This document shows, in pieces, positions 10,511 to 23,910 of a DNA stretch of 64,000 nucleotides (its first letter is position 1; the number at the start of each line of letters is the position of its first letter). Origin of the DNA: Alphaproteobacteria bacterium. GTDB lineage: Bacteria; Pseudomonadota; Alphaproteobacteria; UBA828. The position numbers were made by a program, and so were the translations under genes. Below the pieces are notes generated by a model that was given only the letters and a program-made list of their open reading frames with translations, was not told the origin of the DNA and made no database searches. The DNA is taken from contig CAXXMU010000006.1 in assembly GCA_963667785.2 (NCBI GenBank), positions 96,001 to 160,000 on the forward strand, written 5' to 3'.

Positions 10511-10700
10511 GGACGGCTCCTTCCGTTGCCCGTGGCCCGGTGTTCCGGCTCAGCGCCCCGTATAGGCGTTTTCGCCGGCAGGCAACAGCCGTCTCGCCCC
10601 GCACAATCTTGAGTCCCGGGCGCGTGGCCGTGCTACCGTTGCGGCAGGTGACCTGACGAGCCCGCCGGGCGTGGCGCCGGGACGGGCGGGAGGGGGAGCG

Positions 10701-11891
10701 ATGAAGACCGTCATGCGCGAGAAGCAGTGGGCGGAGAAGTACCCCGCGCTCGGCACCGGGCCGGTGCCGACGGAGCCCTACTTCTCCGACGAGCATTACG
10801 CGCTGGAGCGCGACCTGATCTTCCGCCGCACCTGGATCAACGTCGGCCGCGTGGACGACGTGCCCGAGCCCGGCGACTTCTTCGTGCGCGAGATCGCCAT
10901 CTGCAAGGTCTCGGTGCTCGTCATGCGGGGCTCGGACGGCGTCGTGCGCTGCTTCCACAACGTCTGCTCGCACCGCGGCAACACGCTGGTGCTGAACGAG
11001 CGGGGCTCGTGCCCGGGCAGCGTCTACTGCCACTTCCACAACTGGGTCTACAGCGACACGGGCCAGCTCATCCGGGTGCCGGACGAGGAGAATTTTTTCG
11101 ACCTCGACAAGGCCGAGCATGGGCTGACACCGATCAAGTCGGACATCTGGGAGGGCTTCGTCTTCGTCCACCTGGACCCGGAGCCTGCGGAGACGCTGCG
11201 GGAGTATCTCGGCGGTGTGGCGGAGCAGCTCGACGGCTGCCCCTTCCACGAGATGCCGCTGATGCAGACCTACCTGGTGAACGAGCGGGCCAACTGGAAG
11301 GTCGGGCTCGACGCCCAGAACGAGCTCTACCACCTGCCCTTCCAGCACCGCCGCATCTTGGGCGACAGCTTCATGATGAACGACAGCGGCCACTGCCGCT
11401 TCCAGGACGTCAATCTCTACAACTACCACACCGTCTGGTCGTGCGAGTACGACCCCACCCACAAGCCGACGCCGCTGGAGGCCATGCTGTTCGCCGCCGA
11501 GGAGGGCGTCCCGCTGATCCGCTACCCGCAGATGATCGGCGAATTCGACTTCTTCGTGATCTTCCCGAACTTCGTGATCCTGCTGTTCGAGGTCGGCAAC
11601 GCGGTGAGCTACGTCAGCTACAACTTCTGGCCGCTCGCGGTGGACCGGACGATCTGGGAGATCCGCATGCACTTCAAGGAGCCCGTGTCCTCGCGCGAGC
11701 GCTTCCGGCAGGAATACTTCAAGTGCCTCATCCGCGACACGCTGCAGGAGGACACGGTCGCGCACGAGAACGTGCACGCGGGCCTCGCGTCGGGCGCGAA
11801 GCCACACGTGATCCTGCAGGACGACGAGGCGCCGATCCGCTACTTCCACAAGGTCCTGGAGGACCATGTGGGGTTCTACCGGAACGCCTAG
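10701..11891 (+). CDS. Rieske non-heme iron oxygenase alpha subunit
   Basis: CSHRG...CHFH Rieske motif; NWK...ELYH...H and QED mononuclear Fe ligands; RBS GGAG. Confidence 0.92.
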   Translation: MKTVMREKQWAEKYPALGTGPVPTEPYFSDEHYALERDLIFRRTWINVGRVDDVPEPGDFFVREIAICKVSVLVMRGSDGVVRCFHNVCSHRGNTLVLNERGSCPGSVYCHFHNWVYSDTGQLIRVPDEENFFDLDKAEHGLTPIKSDIWEGFVFVHLDPEPAETLREYLGGVAEQLDGCPFHEMPLMQTYLVNERANWKVGLDAQNELYHLPFQHRRILGDSFMMNDSGHCRFQDVNLYNYHTVWSCEYDPTHKPTPLEAMLFAAEEGVPLIRYPQMIGEFDFFVIFPNFVILLFEVGNAVSYVSYNFWPLAVDRTIWEIRMHFKEPVSSRERFRQEYFKCLIRDTLQEDTVAHENVHAGLASGAKPHVILQDDEAPIRYFHKVLEDHVGFYRNA

Positions 11892-11934
11892 GCCGCGCGG
11901 CCGGGACGACGGGGAGACGGAGGGAACGCGCAGC

Positions 11935-12258
11935 ATGGCCGAGGCAGCGCTGCCGGAGGCGTTCGCGGACCTCGCTCCCTGGCTCGACTGGGCGCTGGAG
12001 CCGGAGCGCGCGCGCACGGCGAAGAAGGTCGCCTCCTCGATGGAGGAGATCAACGCCTTCTACGACGCCGTGATGCCCCGGATGGAAGAGATCATCGCCT
12101 ATATGGACGGCGTCCCGGCCGACGACAGGCCCGCGCCGGCGCACCGCCTCTACCTGCTCACGCTCTCGCTGGTGGAGGTCGCCAACCTGGCGGAGGTCTA
12201 CAAGCGCCGCGAGGTCATCGAGGCCTGCGACCCGCTGCACTTCAACCCGCAGCGCTGA
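11935..12258 (+). CDS. Small helical hypothetical protein downstream of the Rieske gene
   Basis: 107 aa, GGAGG RBS, host-like codon usage, same strand 43 bp after the Rieske gene. Confidence 0.75.
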   Translation: MAEAALPEAFADLAPWLDWALEPERARTAKKVASSMEEINAFYDAVMPRMEEIIAYMDGVPADDRPAPAHRLYLLTLSLVEVANLAEVYKRREVIEACDPLHFNPQR

Positions 12259-12271
12259 GGGGGCGAAGAGC

Positions 12272-14071
12272 CTACCCGTCCTCCCCCGTCTCCCGCTTGG
12301 GCGGTAGGTCGAGGGCGAGGCTGAGCTCCTTCAGGTGCCGCGCCGGCACCGGCGCCGGCGCTCCCATCATCAGGTCCTGCGCCGTCTGGTTCAGCGGGAA
12401 CATGATGACCTCGCGGATGTTGGGCTCGTCCGAGAGCAGCATGACGATGCGGTCGATCCCCGGCGCGATGCCGCCGTGGGGCGGCGCGCCGTACTGGAAG
12501 GCGTGGTAGAGGGCGCCGAAGCGGCGCTTCACCTCGTCCTCGTCGTAACCCGCGATCTCGAACGCCTTCACCATGAGGTCGGGCTGGTGATTGCGGATCG
12601 CGCCGCTGGAGAGCTCCACCCCGTTGCAGACGATGTCGTACTGGTAGGCGAGCACGTCGAGCGGGTCCTGGCTCTCCAGCGCCTCCATCCCTCCCTGGGG
12701 CATGGAGAAGGGGTTGTGGCTAAAGCCGATGGCGCCGGTCTGCTCGTCGCGCTCGAACATCGGGTAGTCGATGATCCAGCAGAAGGCGAAGGTGTCCTCG
12801 TCGATCAGGTCGAGCCGCCGGCCGAGCTCGAGGCGCACGGCGCCGGCGTAGCGCGCGGCGGCCTCAGGCGTGTCGCAGCTCAGGAAGACCGCGTCGCCGT
12901 CCTCGAGCCCCGCGATGCTGCGGATCTCCTCCTGCACCGCGTCCGGCACGAACTTGGCGATCGGCCCCTTGCCGGCGCCGTCGGCGAAGGTGATGTAGCC
13001 GAGGCCGGGCGCGCCGAGGCTCTGGGCGTACTCGATCATCTTGTCGAAGAAGCTGCGCGGCTGCGAGGCTACACCCTTGACCGGGATGCCGCGCACGACG
13101 CCGCCCCTGGCGATGGTGCCCTTGAAGGCCTTGAAGGTGACCGCGTCGTTGCCGAACTGCGCGGTGAGGTCGACGATCTCGATGGGGATTCGCAGATCCG
13201 GCTTGTCGGTGCCGTAGCGCAGCATCGCGTCCCTGTAGGCGAAGCGCGGGAAGGGCGGCGCGGTCACGCTGCGCTCGGTGAACTCGGTGAAGACGCCGTG
13301 CATCACGGGCTCAAGGGCCGCGAACACGTCCTCCTGCTCCACGAACGCCATCTCGATGTCGAGCTGGTAGAACTCGCCGGGCGAGCGGTCGGCGCGCGCA
13401 TCCTCGTCGCGGAAGCAGGGCGCGATCTGGAAGTAGCGGTCGAAGCCGGACGCCATGACGAGCTGCTTGAACTGCTGCGGCGCCTGCGGCAGCGCGTAGA
13501 AGGTGCCGGGGTGGAGCCGGCTCGGCACCAGGAAGTCGCGGGCGCCCTCGGGCGAGCTCGCGGTCAGGATCGGCGTGTGGCACTCCATGAAGCCGAGCTC
13601 CACCATGTGCCGGCGGATGCTGGCGACGATCGCGCTGCGGCGCTCCATGTTCCGGTGCATGCGCTCGCGGCGCAGGTCGAGGAAGCGGTAGCGGAGCCGC
13701 ACCTCCTCGCCGTAGTCGTGCTCGCCGTGCACCGGCAGCGGCAGGGTGTCTGCGGCGTTCTGCACCTCCATCTCGGCGATGCGGACCTCGACCTCTCCGG
13801 TGGGAATCCTGGGGTTCACGGTCTCGTCGTCGCGCCTGACCACGGGCCCCGTCACGGTCGCCACGGTCTCCGCCTTGAGCGCCGTCACCGCGTCGAACAG
13901 CGGCTCGCCGGATTCGGCCACGCACTGGGTGATGCCGTAGTGGTCGCGCAGGTCCACGAAGACGAGATGGCCGTGATCGCGCACCCGGTGGACCCAGCCG
14001 GAGAGGCGCACGCGGGAGCCGATGTCGGACGGCCTCAGCGCGCCGCAGGTATGCGTTCGGTATCGATGCAT
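12272..14071 (-). CDS. aspS: Aspartate--tRNA ligase (probably non-discriminating Asp/Asn)
   Basis: [49 protein letters not shown]. Confidence 0.97.
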   Translation of the reverse strand: MHRYRTHTCGALRPSDIGSRVRLSGWVHRVRDHGHLVFVDLRDHYGITQCVAESGEPLFDAVTALKAETVATVTGPVVRRDDETVNPRIPTGEVEVRIAEMEVQNAADTLPLPVHGEHDYGEEVRLRYRFLDLRRERMHRNMERRSAIVASIRRHMVELGFMECHTPILTASSPEGARDFLVPSRLHPGTFYALPQAPQQFKQLVMASGFDRYFQIAPCFRDEDARADRSPGEFYQLDIEMAFVEQEDVFAALEPVMHGVFTEFTERSVTAPPFPRFAYRDAMLRYGTDKPDLRIPIEIVDLTAQFGNDAVTFKAFKGTIARGGVVRGIPVKGVASQPRSFFDKMIEYAQSLGAPGLGYITFADGAGKGPIAKFVPDAVQEEIRSIAGLEDGDAVFLSCDTPEAAARYAGAVRLELGRRLDLIDEDTFAFCWIIDYPMFERDEQTGAIGFSHNPFSMPQGGMEALESQDPLDVLAYQYDIVCNGVELSSGAIRNHQPDLMVKAFEIAGYDEDEVKRRFGALYHAFQYGAPPHGGIAPGIDRIVMLLSDEPNIREVIMFPLNQTAQDLMMGAPAPVPARHLKELSLALDLPPKRETGEDG

Positions 14072-14195
14072 GGCGGGAGGCCCAGTGGCGTTTCGGATGG
14101 AGGCAAGGGAGGCCCGTGGGGTCCGGACCGGGCCGGAAAAGCGCACGGAACCGGCTGCCTTGTCAAGCGCGGCCCCGGCCCGGTGCCGGACCCTG

Positions 14196-14424
14196 CTCGA
14201 GCAATTTCCGAGCTGATGGGTTCACGGCGATCCGAAATCCACCTCCCCCTGTCCCCCTCCCCCAAAGGCGGAGGGGGAACGCAGGCGGTACCGCCCGTTA
14301 CTCCCTCTCCGCCCCTGGGGGCGGAGAGGGTCGGGGTGAGGTGGGGGAAGCTCGGGCGGCACCGCACGAGGAGTGGGCACCCGCGCCAACTCGCTGCGAT
14401 CGCGTCCGAGCGAAAAGTGCCCTA
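14196..14424. mobile_element. MITE-like element with the family A core in a different terminal shell
   Basis: Core ~14239-14347 nearly identical to ~9946-10053; ends CTCGAGCAATTTCCG / CGAAAAGTGCCCTA. Confidence 0.7.
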
Positions 14425-14844
14425 TCTCCTGCGCTGGGGCATGCCCTCGTCGTGGGGGAGGTCCGGGTGCATCAGCGCCCAGGGCTGCGCGCTGACCACA
14501 TAGATCTCCCGGCTGGGCTCGTACCAGCTCGGGTCGTCCAGGCTGCCCGCATAGAGCCCCCGCACGCCGGCATGCGCGCCGTTGGTCAGGAAGAGCGGCG
14601 AGCCGCAGTCCGGGCAGAAGGCGCGGCGCATGGGATGTCCGCCGTCCGAGGGCCGCTCGTACCAGCTCGGGTCGCCGCCGAGCAGCGAGAAGTCGTCCTC
14701 CTTCACCACCAGGACCGGCATGTAGGGACCGCCGGTCGCCTGCTGGCAGTGGGTGCAATGGCAGTTGCCCATGTAGCGCGGCGCCGCCGCGCACTCGTAG
14801 CGAATGGCGCCGCATGCGCAGCCGCCGCCGAAGGGGAGGTCCAT
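14422..14844 (-). CDS. GFA/CENP-V family Zn-binding protein
   Basis: GGCACGAIRY, CHCTHCQ, FCPDCGSPL. Confidence 0.92.
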   Translation of the reverse strand: MDLPFGGGCACGAIRYECAAAPRYMGNCHCTHCQQATGGPYMPVLVVKEDDFSLLGGDPSWYERPSDGGHPMRRAFCPDCGSPLFLTNGAHAGVRGLYAGSLDDPSWYEPSREIYVVSAQPWALMHPDLPHDEGMPQRRR

Positions 14845-14874
14845 GCCCGTTTCTCCTCGTGCGCCGGCGGCTCC

Positions 14875-15363
14875 CTACTCCCCGCCCTGCCTGTAGCGTT
14901 CGATGGCCTCGGCCAGCTCCTCGGTCTCCTCGCAGGAGGCGCAGATCTCCGTCAGGGCCGCCAGGTGATGCTCGGCCATGGCCAGATCGCCGACCAGGAG
15001 ATAGGCCTCGCCCACGTACTCGTGGGCGCCGAGATGCCTGGGGTCGAGGTCCAGCGCCCGCGCATAGTGCTCGAACGCCTCGTCGAGGCGGTCGAGATGG
15101 CGATAGCTGTAGGCGAGCAGGTTGAAGACGTCGGCGTTCCGCGCATCGGCCTCGGCGGCGCGTTCGAGGAAGGCTGCGGCGCGCTCCCAGTCGCCGGCCT
15201 CGATCGCCTGCTTGCCGCGCTCGATGTTGCGCTTGTCGGCCTCGGCCGCCGCGTTGCTCGAGCCGGTGCTGGTGCCGGCGGCCAGGGCGTCGGACGCCTG
15301 GAGCCCGGCACAGGTCGCGGCCAGCAGGGCGATGGCGGTGAATATCCTCACGCATGTGGTCAT
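14875..15363 (-). CDS. Exported tetratricopeptide-repeat protein
   Basis: Signal peptide; TPR patterns [12 protein letters not shown] and [11 protein letters not shown]; C-terminal CASC. Confidence 0.85.
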   Translation of the reverse strand: MTTCVRIFTAIALLAATCAGLQASDALAAGTSTGSSNAAAEADKRNIERGKQAIEAGDWERAAAFLERAAEADARNADVFNLLAYSYRHLDRLDEAFEHYARALDLDPRHLGAHEYVGEAYLLVGDLAMAEHHLAALTEICASCEETEELAEAIERYRQGGE

Positions 15364-15406
15364 GTCGCACCTCCGGCGTGGGTTCGGGTCCGGGGCGGCC
15401 CCGGCC

Positions 15407-17663
<2,257 letters not shown>

Positions 17664-17667
<4 letters not shown>

Positions 17668-17814
17668 AGTGTATCCGTCTTTGACGGATACGCGACAGGC
17701 CGCGACTGCGGCCCGCCGCTTATGCGGCGCCCTCGCGGAGGCGCCGGCCACAGGCCGGCTGCCGTGAGCGACAAGGACGCTAGAGCGTGTCCGTGTAAAG
17801 CGGACACGCTCTAG
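17664..17814. mobile_element. MITE-like element family C, copy 2
   Basis: CTAG at both ends; hairpins GTATCCGTC-TTT-GACGGATAC and CTAGAGCGTGTCCG...CGGACACGCTCTAG. Confidence 0.8.
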
Positions 17815-18026
17815 CGTCCTGTTTCCGAAGTTCGCACGATTTCGGAGTGGGCGTCCGACCTGCACGAACCATCCAAATTTCATCGTCACGCCCGGACTTG
17901 TTCCGGGCATCTCGCTCAGCCAGACCCGTCGAACACTGAACAAACACGTGGATGGCCGGGACAAGCCCGGCCATGACGTGTTGGGATTTCCCGCAGTTCT
18001 TGCGAACGTCTCGATCGGGACGCCAG
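17811..18026. mobile_element. MITE-like element family B, copy 2
   Basis: 26-bp imperfect TIRs (19/26 match) CTAGCGTCCTGTTTCCGAAGTTCGCA / TGCGAACGTCTCGATCGGGACGCCAG; CGTC...GACG double-hairpin core. Confidence 0.8.
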
Positions 18027-18053
18027 TTGCCGGGGCGGCGCGGGGGAGTCGCG

Positions 18054-18830
18054 TCAGAGCGGCGCGAGGCTCGCCGTCAGGCCCTCGTCCGCGACCAGCA
18101 CGGCGCCGTAGAACGCGGCCGACTCCGCGGTGCAGAGGAAGAGCGCCGCGCTCACGATATCCTCGGGCTCGGCGAAGGCGCGGCCGCTCGGATTCTGCCG
18201 CTCGAAGCGCCGGATCATCTCCTCGTTCCCCGGCTCGCGCATCCAGGCGTTCATCGGCGTGCGCACGTTGCCCGGCGCGATGGCGTTCACGTGGATGCCG
18301 TGGCCGGCGAGCTCGGTGCCGAGGGAGCGGGTGAGCAGGATGACGCCCCCCTTGCTCGCCGCGTAGGCTGCCGATTCCGAGAGCCCCATGACGCCCGCCA
18401 CCGAGGCGAAGGTGACGACGTGGCCGCCGCCGGCCTCGATCATCCCCGGCAGCACGGCGCGGACGACGTGGAAGGTACCCTTGAGGTTGATATCGATCAT
18501 GCGGTCGAACCGGGCAACGGCGTCCGTCTCCATCACGGGCGTCGGGTGCCAGATCGCGGCGGCGTTGACCGCGATGTCGACGGGTCCGAGGTTCCGCGCC
18601 GCCCGGGCGACGGCGTCGTCGACCGCCGCTGCGTCGCTCACGTCCGCGCTCAGCGCAAGGGCGTGGCCGCCTGCGGCGCGGATCTCGTCCGCCACCGCGT
18701 CCAGGGCCGCCGCGTCCGCCTTGTCGAGAAGGGCGATGCGCGCGCCTTCGGCTGCGAAGCGCGCCGCAACGGCGCGGCCGATGCCCGAGCCTGCGCCGGT
18801 CACCAGCGCCACGCGCCCTTCGAGCCTCAT
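18054..18830 (-). CDS. Short-chain dehydrogenase/reductase
   Basis: TGAGSGIG, YAASK, NAIAPG. Confidence 0.93.
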   Translation of the reverse strand: MRLEGRVALVTGAGSGIGRAVAARFAAEGARIALLDKADAAALDAVADEIRAAGGHALALSADVSDAAAVDDAVARAARNLGPVDIAVNAAAIWHPTPVMETDAVARFDRMIDINLKGTFHVVRAVLPGMIEAGGGHVVTFASVAGVMGLSESAAYAASKGGVILLTRSLGTELAGHGIHVNAIAPGNVRTPMNAWMREPGNEEMIRRFERQNPSGRAFAEPEDIVSAALFLCTAESAAFYGAVLVADEGLTASLAPL

Positions 18831-18970
18831 CGCCATCTCCCCCGCTGCCCGCCCGTCCCGCCGGGCGCATGGACGGTCATCTGCGCTCCTCCTATAGTGG
18901 AGGCCCCGGCGCTCAACAACAGATGCGGAATCAAGACGACGTCCGGGCAAGAGACGGGAGGGAATGAACG

Positions 18971-20200
18971 ATGCTGGGCAGACTGACGGCATTTCTGGCA
19001 CTGACGGCGCTCGTAGCGGCGCCGATAGCGCATCAGGAACAGGCGAAGGCCGACGACCACGAGGTGGTGATCGGCTTCGCGATCGCGCTGAGCGGCTGGA
19101 TGAACCAGTACGACGGCCCGCCCTATCAGGGCTCCCTGATGGCGATCGACGAGTTCAACGCGGCGGGAGGCATCCTCGGCAAGCAGATCCGCGCCGTGGT
19201 CTCGGATACCAAGACCGACACGGTGCAGGGCGCCAAGGCGGGCGCCGACGTGGTGGCGCAGGGGGCGCAGTTCATGGTGGTCTCCTGCGACTACGACATG
19301 GGCGCGCCTGCCGCCACGGTCGCCAACAGCAACAACATGATCTCGATCTCGTCGTGTGCGTCCGACGCCAAGATGGGGGTGCAGGGCATCGGCCCTTATG
19401 CCTTCACGCTCAACACCTACGGCCAGGGCGAGGGCGCGGGCATGGCGAAGTACGCCTACGTGGACCGGGGCTGGCGCAACGCCTACCTGCTGCTCGATGC
19501 CTCGATCGAGTACGACAAGAGCATCTGCCACGGCTTCCTGGAGCAGTGGAAGGACTATGGCGGGACGGTGATCGGCGTCGACAGCTACATGCAGGAAGAC
19601 GCCTCCATCGCCTCGCAGATCACCCGCTACAAGGAGCTGGCGGCTGAGCGCGGCGAGCCCGAAATGCTCTATCTCTGCTCCTACGGCGGCGGCGCGGTGA
19701 GCGCGATCCGCCAGATCCGGGCGGCCGGGATCGACGTGCCCATCGGCGGCGGCGATTCGATGGACGGCGACTACTGGGCGGAAGCCGTGCCGGGGCTGAG
19801 CGACCACTACGCGTCGTCCTTCGGCTCGATCTGGGGCGACGACCCTAGGCCGGAAGTCAACGCGTTCTTCGACCGCTACCGGGAGAAGTACGGCGAGCCC
19901 GAGACCTCGTTCCCGCTCAACGGCTACAGCGTGATCCAGGCGATCAAGGTGGCGGCCGAGCGGGCGGGCTCCCTCGATTCGGACGCCGTGCTGGCGGAGA
20001 TGAACAAGTTCGACAAGGAGCCGCTGCTCTGGGGTCCGACCACCTACACGGCGGACACCCACATCGACCTGACCCACGTGCTGACCATCATCCAGATCCA
20101 GGACGGCAAGGGCAGCTATGCGGGCCAGGGCGGTGCGGAGAACCCGCCGGCGCTGCAGCTCATCTTCCCGGACTTCACCGAGGACCTGTACGAGAACTGA
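18971..20200 (+). CDS. Branched-chain amino acid (HAAT)-type ABC substrate-binding protein
   Basis: Signal peptide; AIDEFNAAGGILGK; first gene of a LivKHMGF-like operon. Confidence 0.9.
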   Translation: MLGRLTAFLALTALVAAPIAHQEQAKADDHEVVIGFAIALSGWMNQYDGPPYQGSLMAIDEFNAAGGILGKQIRAVVSDTKTDTVQGAKAGADVVAQGAQFMVVSCDYDMGAPAATVANSNNMISISSCASDAKMGVQGIGPYAFTLNTYGQGEGAGMAKYAYVDRGWRNAYLLLDASIEYDKSICHGFLEQWKDYGGTVIGVDSYMQEDASIASQITRYKELAAERGEPEMLYLCSYGGGAVSAIRQIRAAGIDVPIGGGDSMDGDYWAEAVPGLSDHYASSFGSIWGDDPRPEVNAFFDRYREKYGEPETSFPLNGYSVIQAIKVAAERAGSLDSDAVLAEMNKFDKEPLLWGPTTYTADTHIDLTHVLTIIQIQDGKGSYAGQGGAENPPALQLIFPDFTEDLYEN

Positions 20201-20210
20201 CGCGCGTTAC

Positions 20211-20248
20211 GCCGGGGCCGGTCCGCCGCAAGGCGGGCCGGCGCCGGC
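20211..20248 (+). terminator. Intercistronic stem-loop after the binding-protein gene
   Basis: CCGGTCCGCC-GCAA-GGCGGGCCGG stem with GNRA loop; no U-tract, so more likely an mRNA stabiliser. Confidence 0.5.
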
Positions 20249-20284
20249 CTTCGCCCCCGTAGCGACTTCCTTTCAGGGAGCGTC

Positions 20285-21199
20285 GTGACCGGACTGGTCC
20301 AGAACGCCATCGACGCGCTCGCGCTGGGCAGCCTGTATGCGCTGACGGCGCTCGGCATCGGGCTGATCTTCGGCGTCATGCGGCTGATCAACTTCGCCCA
20401 TGGCGACCTCATCATGATCGGCGGCTACGCGCTGATCGTCCCCTCCAGCGCGGCGGCGGCGGTGGCCTTCATCGGCGCCTGGCCGGCGCCGCTGCTGGTC
20501 GGCGCCATCGTCCTGATCGTGATGCTGTTCGCGCTGGCCTGCGAGCGCCTGGCCTTCCGCCCGCTCAGGCGCGCCGACCCCTCGGTGCTTCTGATCACCT
20601 CGTTCGCGCTCAGCTTCTTCCTCGAGCACCTGGTGGTGATGATCTACGGCGGCCGGGTGAAGGCGGTGAGCATCTGGCCCGAGCTGCTGGAGGCGCTGCC
20701 GATCAGCGGCATCCGCATCCCCTACCTGCAGATCGTCACCATCGGGGTGACGATCGGGCTGCTGGTGCTGCTGGTGCTCTTCCTCAAGCGCACCGCCATG
20801 GGCATCCAGATGCGGGCGGCGTCGGAGGACTTCTCCACGGCGAGGCTCTTGGGCGTGCGCGCCAACCGGGTCATCGCGGTGGCCTTCGCCATCAGCGGGC
20901 TGCTGGCCGCCGTGGTCTCGCTGCTCTACGTCTCGCAGGTGGGCGCGCTCACCTACAGCATGGGGATCCCGCTGGTGCTGTTCGCCTTCGTCGCCACCGT
21001 GGTGGGCGGCATGGGGAGCCTCACGGGCGCGGTGCTGGGCGGCTTCGTGGTGGGCATCGCGAGCGTGATCCTGCAGGTGGGCCTCCCGGTGGCCATGCGG
21101 CCCGACCGCGACGTCTTCGTCTATGCGCTGATCCTGCTGATCCTGCTTCTCAGGCCGTCGGGGCTGGTGAAGGTGAAGTCGATCGAGGAGAAGGTCTGA
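20285..21199 (+). CDS. LivH-like ABC permease
   Basis: GLIFGVMRLINFAHG, VVGGMGS, RPSGL. Confidence 0.92.
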   Translation: MTGLVQNAIDALALGSLYALTALGIGLIFGVMRLINFAHGDLIMIGGYALIVPSSAAAAVAFIGAWPAPLLVGAIVLIVMLFALACERLAFRPLRRADPSVLLITSFALSFFLEHLVVMIYGGRVKAVSIWPELLEALPISGIRIPYLQIVTIGVTIGLLVLLVLFLKRTAMGIQMRAASEDFSTARLLGVRANRVIAVAFAISGLLAAVVSLLYVSQVGALTYSMGIPLVLFAFVATVVGGMGSLTGAVLGGFVVGIASVILQVGLPVAMRPDRDVFVYALILLILLLRPSGLVKVKSIEEKV

Positions 21200-21200
21200 G

Positions 21201-22345
21201 ATGGCCGTGCCCGGCGGCAGCGGCATGGAGCGGCGCGAGATGATCCTGCGCCTGCCCGTGGCGGGGCTGCGCGCCTTCTGGACGCCCATCGTGCTCTCGC
21301 TCGGCGTGCTGGTGATCGTGCTCGCGGTGTGGGCGAGCGGGGATACGGTGCTGGCGCTGGCGGTGACGGCGGCGCTGATCCGCGCGGTGATGGTGATCGG
21401 CCTCTACATCTTCATCGGCAACTCCGGCGTGCTGGCCTTCGGCCATGCCACCTTCATGATGGTGGGCGCCTACGGCGTCGCCTGGCTCACGCTCAGGCCC
21501 TTCAACAAGAGTTTCGCGCTGCAGTTGCCGGAGTTCCTGGCAGCGCACCAGTATCCGCTGCTGCCGTCTGCGATCGCGGCGGCGCTGCTGGCCGCCATCG
21601 TCGCCTTCGTCGTCGGCATCCCGATCATGCGGCTCTCCGGCATCGCTGCGGCCATCGCGACGCTCGCCGTGCTCGGCATGTTCAAGACCTTCTACTCCAA
21701 CTGGAGCGAGTGGACGCTGGGTGCGGCGACCATGCCGGGGATCCCGATCTACGTGGACATGTGGGTGGCGCTCAGCTGGGTGGTGGTGGCGCTCTTCGTC
21801 GCCTACGTCTACCAGCGCTCGCGTTACGGGCTGGCGCTCCGCGCCTCGCGCGAGGACGCGTTCGCCGCGCGTGCGGCCGGCATCAACATCCCGCGCCAGC
21901 GGCTGATCGCCTTCGTGCTGAGCGCCTTCTTCATGGGCATCGGCGGCGTGCTGGAGGCGCACTATCTCGGCACCATCGCGGTCAAGAACTTCTGGCTCAC
22001 CATCACCTTCATCCTGCTGTCGATGCTGATCGTGGGCGGCCAGCGGAGCCTGAGCGGCGCCATCGTGGGCGTGGTGGTGATCTCGACCCTGATCGAGATC
22101 CTGAACACGCTGGAAGCCGGCATGGACGTGGGCATCGCCGTGCTGTCCGTGCCGATCGGCGCGCAGGAGCTCGCCATCGCAGGCATCATGATCATCATCC
22201 TGATCTTCCGGCCGGACGGGATCATGGGCGGGCGCGAGGTGCCCTGGCCCTTCGGCGAGGCCGGACGACTCGTGAGAGACCCGGGCGAGGCAGAGGGCGA
22301 GCACGACCCCCTGCGGCGGGGCATCGCGCAGCGGGACGGCGCGCC

Positions 22346-22349
<4 letters not shown>
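21201..22349 (+). CDS. LivM-like ABC permease
   Basis: GNSGVLAFGHA, RYGLALRASRED, RPDGI. Confidence 0.9.
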
Positions 22350-23150
<801 letters not shown>

Positions 23151-23164
<14 letters not shown>

Positions 23165-23891
23165 GGGACTGCACGTCCGCTACCGCAGGCTGCGCGCCGT
23201 GCGCGGCGTCTCGCTCAGCGTCGGCGAGGGCGAGATCGTCTGCCTGGTCGGCCCCAACGGCGCCGGCAAGTCGAGCACGCTGCGCAGCATCGCCGGCCTG
23301 CATCCCCCGGCCGAGGGCGACATCCGCCTCGGCGGGCGCTCTGTCACCGGGCTCGCGCCGGAGACCATCGCCCGGCTGGGGCTCTCCATGGTGCCCGAGG
23401 GCCGCCACGTCTTCACCCAGCTCACGGTGGAGGAGAACATCCTGCTCGGCAGCCAGATGCGGCGCGACCGCAAGCAGGTCAAGGCCGACTTCGAGCGCAT
23501 GCTGGAGAGCTTCCCCTTCCTGCGGGACCGCCTCGCCACGCCGGGCGGTAAGCTCTCCGGCGGCGAGCAGCAGCAGCTCGTCATCGCCCGTGCCCTGATG
23601 ACCCGGCCCCGCCTCATCCTGCTCGACGAGCCCTCGCTCGGCCTTGCACCCATGGTGGTGGATACCGTCTACGAGATCCTCAAGGGGCTCCGCGACGAGG
23701 GCATCACGCTGCTGGTGGTCGAGCAGAGCACGCACCGCGCGCTCGAGAACGGCGATCGCATCTACATCATCCGCTCCGGCCAGATCGAACTCGAAGGCCA
23801 GTGCAGCGACCTCACCGACGAACGCGTCGAGCAGGCCTACTTCGGCTTCGACCAGGCGGGCGCCGACGCCGACGACCGGACCCGGTTCTGA
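23151..23891 (+). CDS. LivF-like ABC ATPase
   Basis: GPNGAGKS, VPEGR, LSGGEQQ, LDEPSLGL. Confidence 0.93.
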
Positions 23892-23910
23892 GCGCCCTCC
23901 GGAGCCGGTG

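Noticed and set aside
14138-14167. Possible aspS promoter (TTGACA on the minus strand at 14161-14166)
   Set aside because: The -35 is good but no convincing -10 lies at the right spacing, so it was not listed as a feature.
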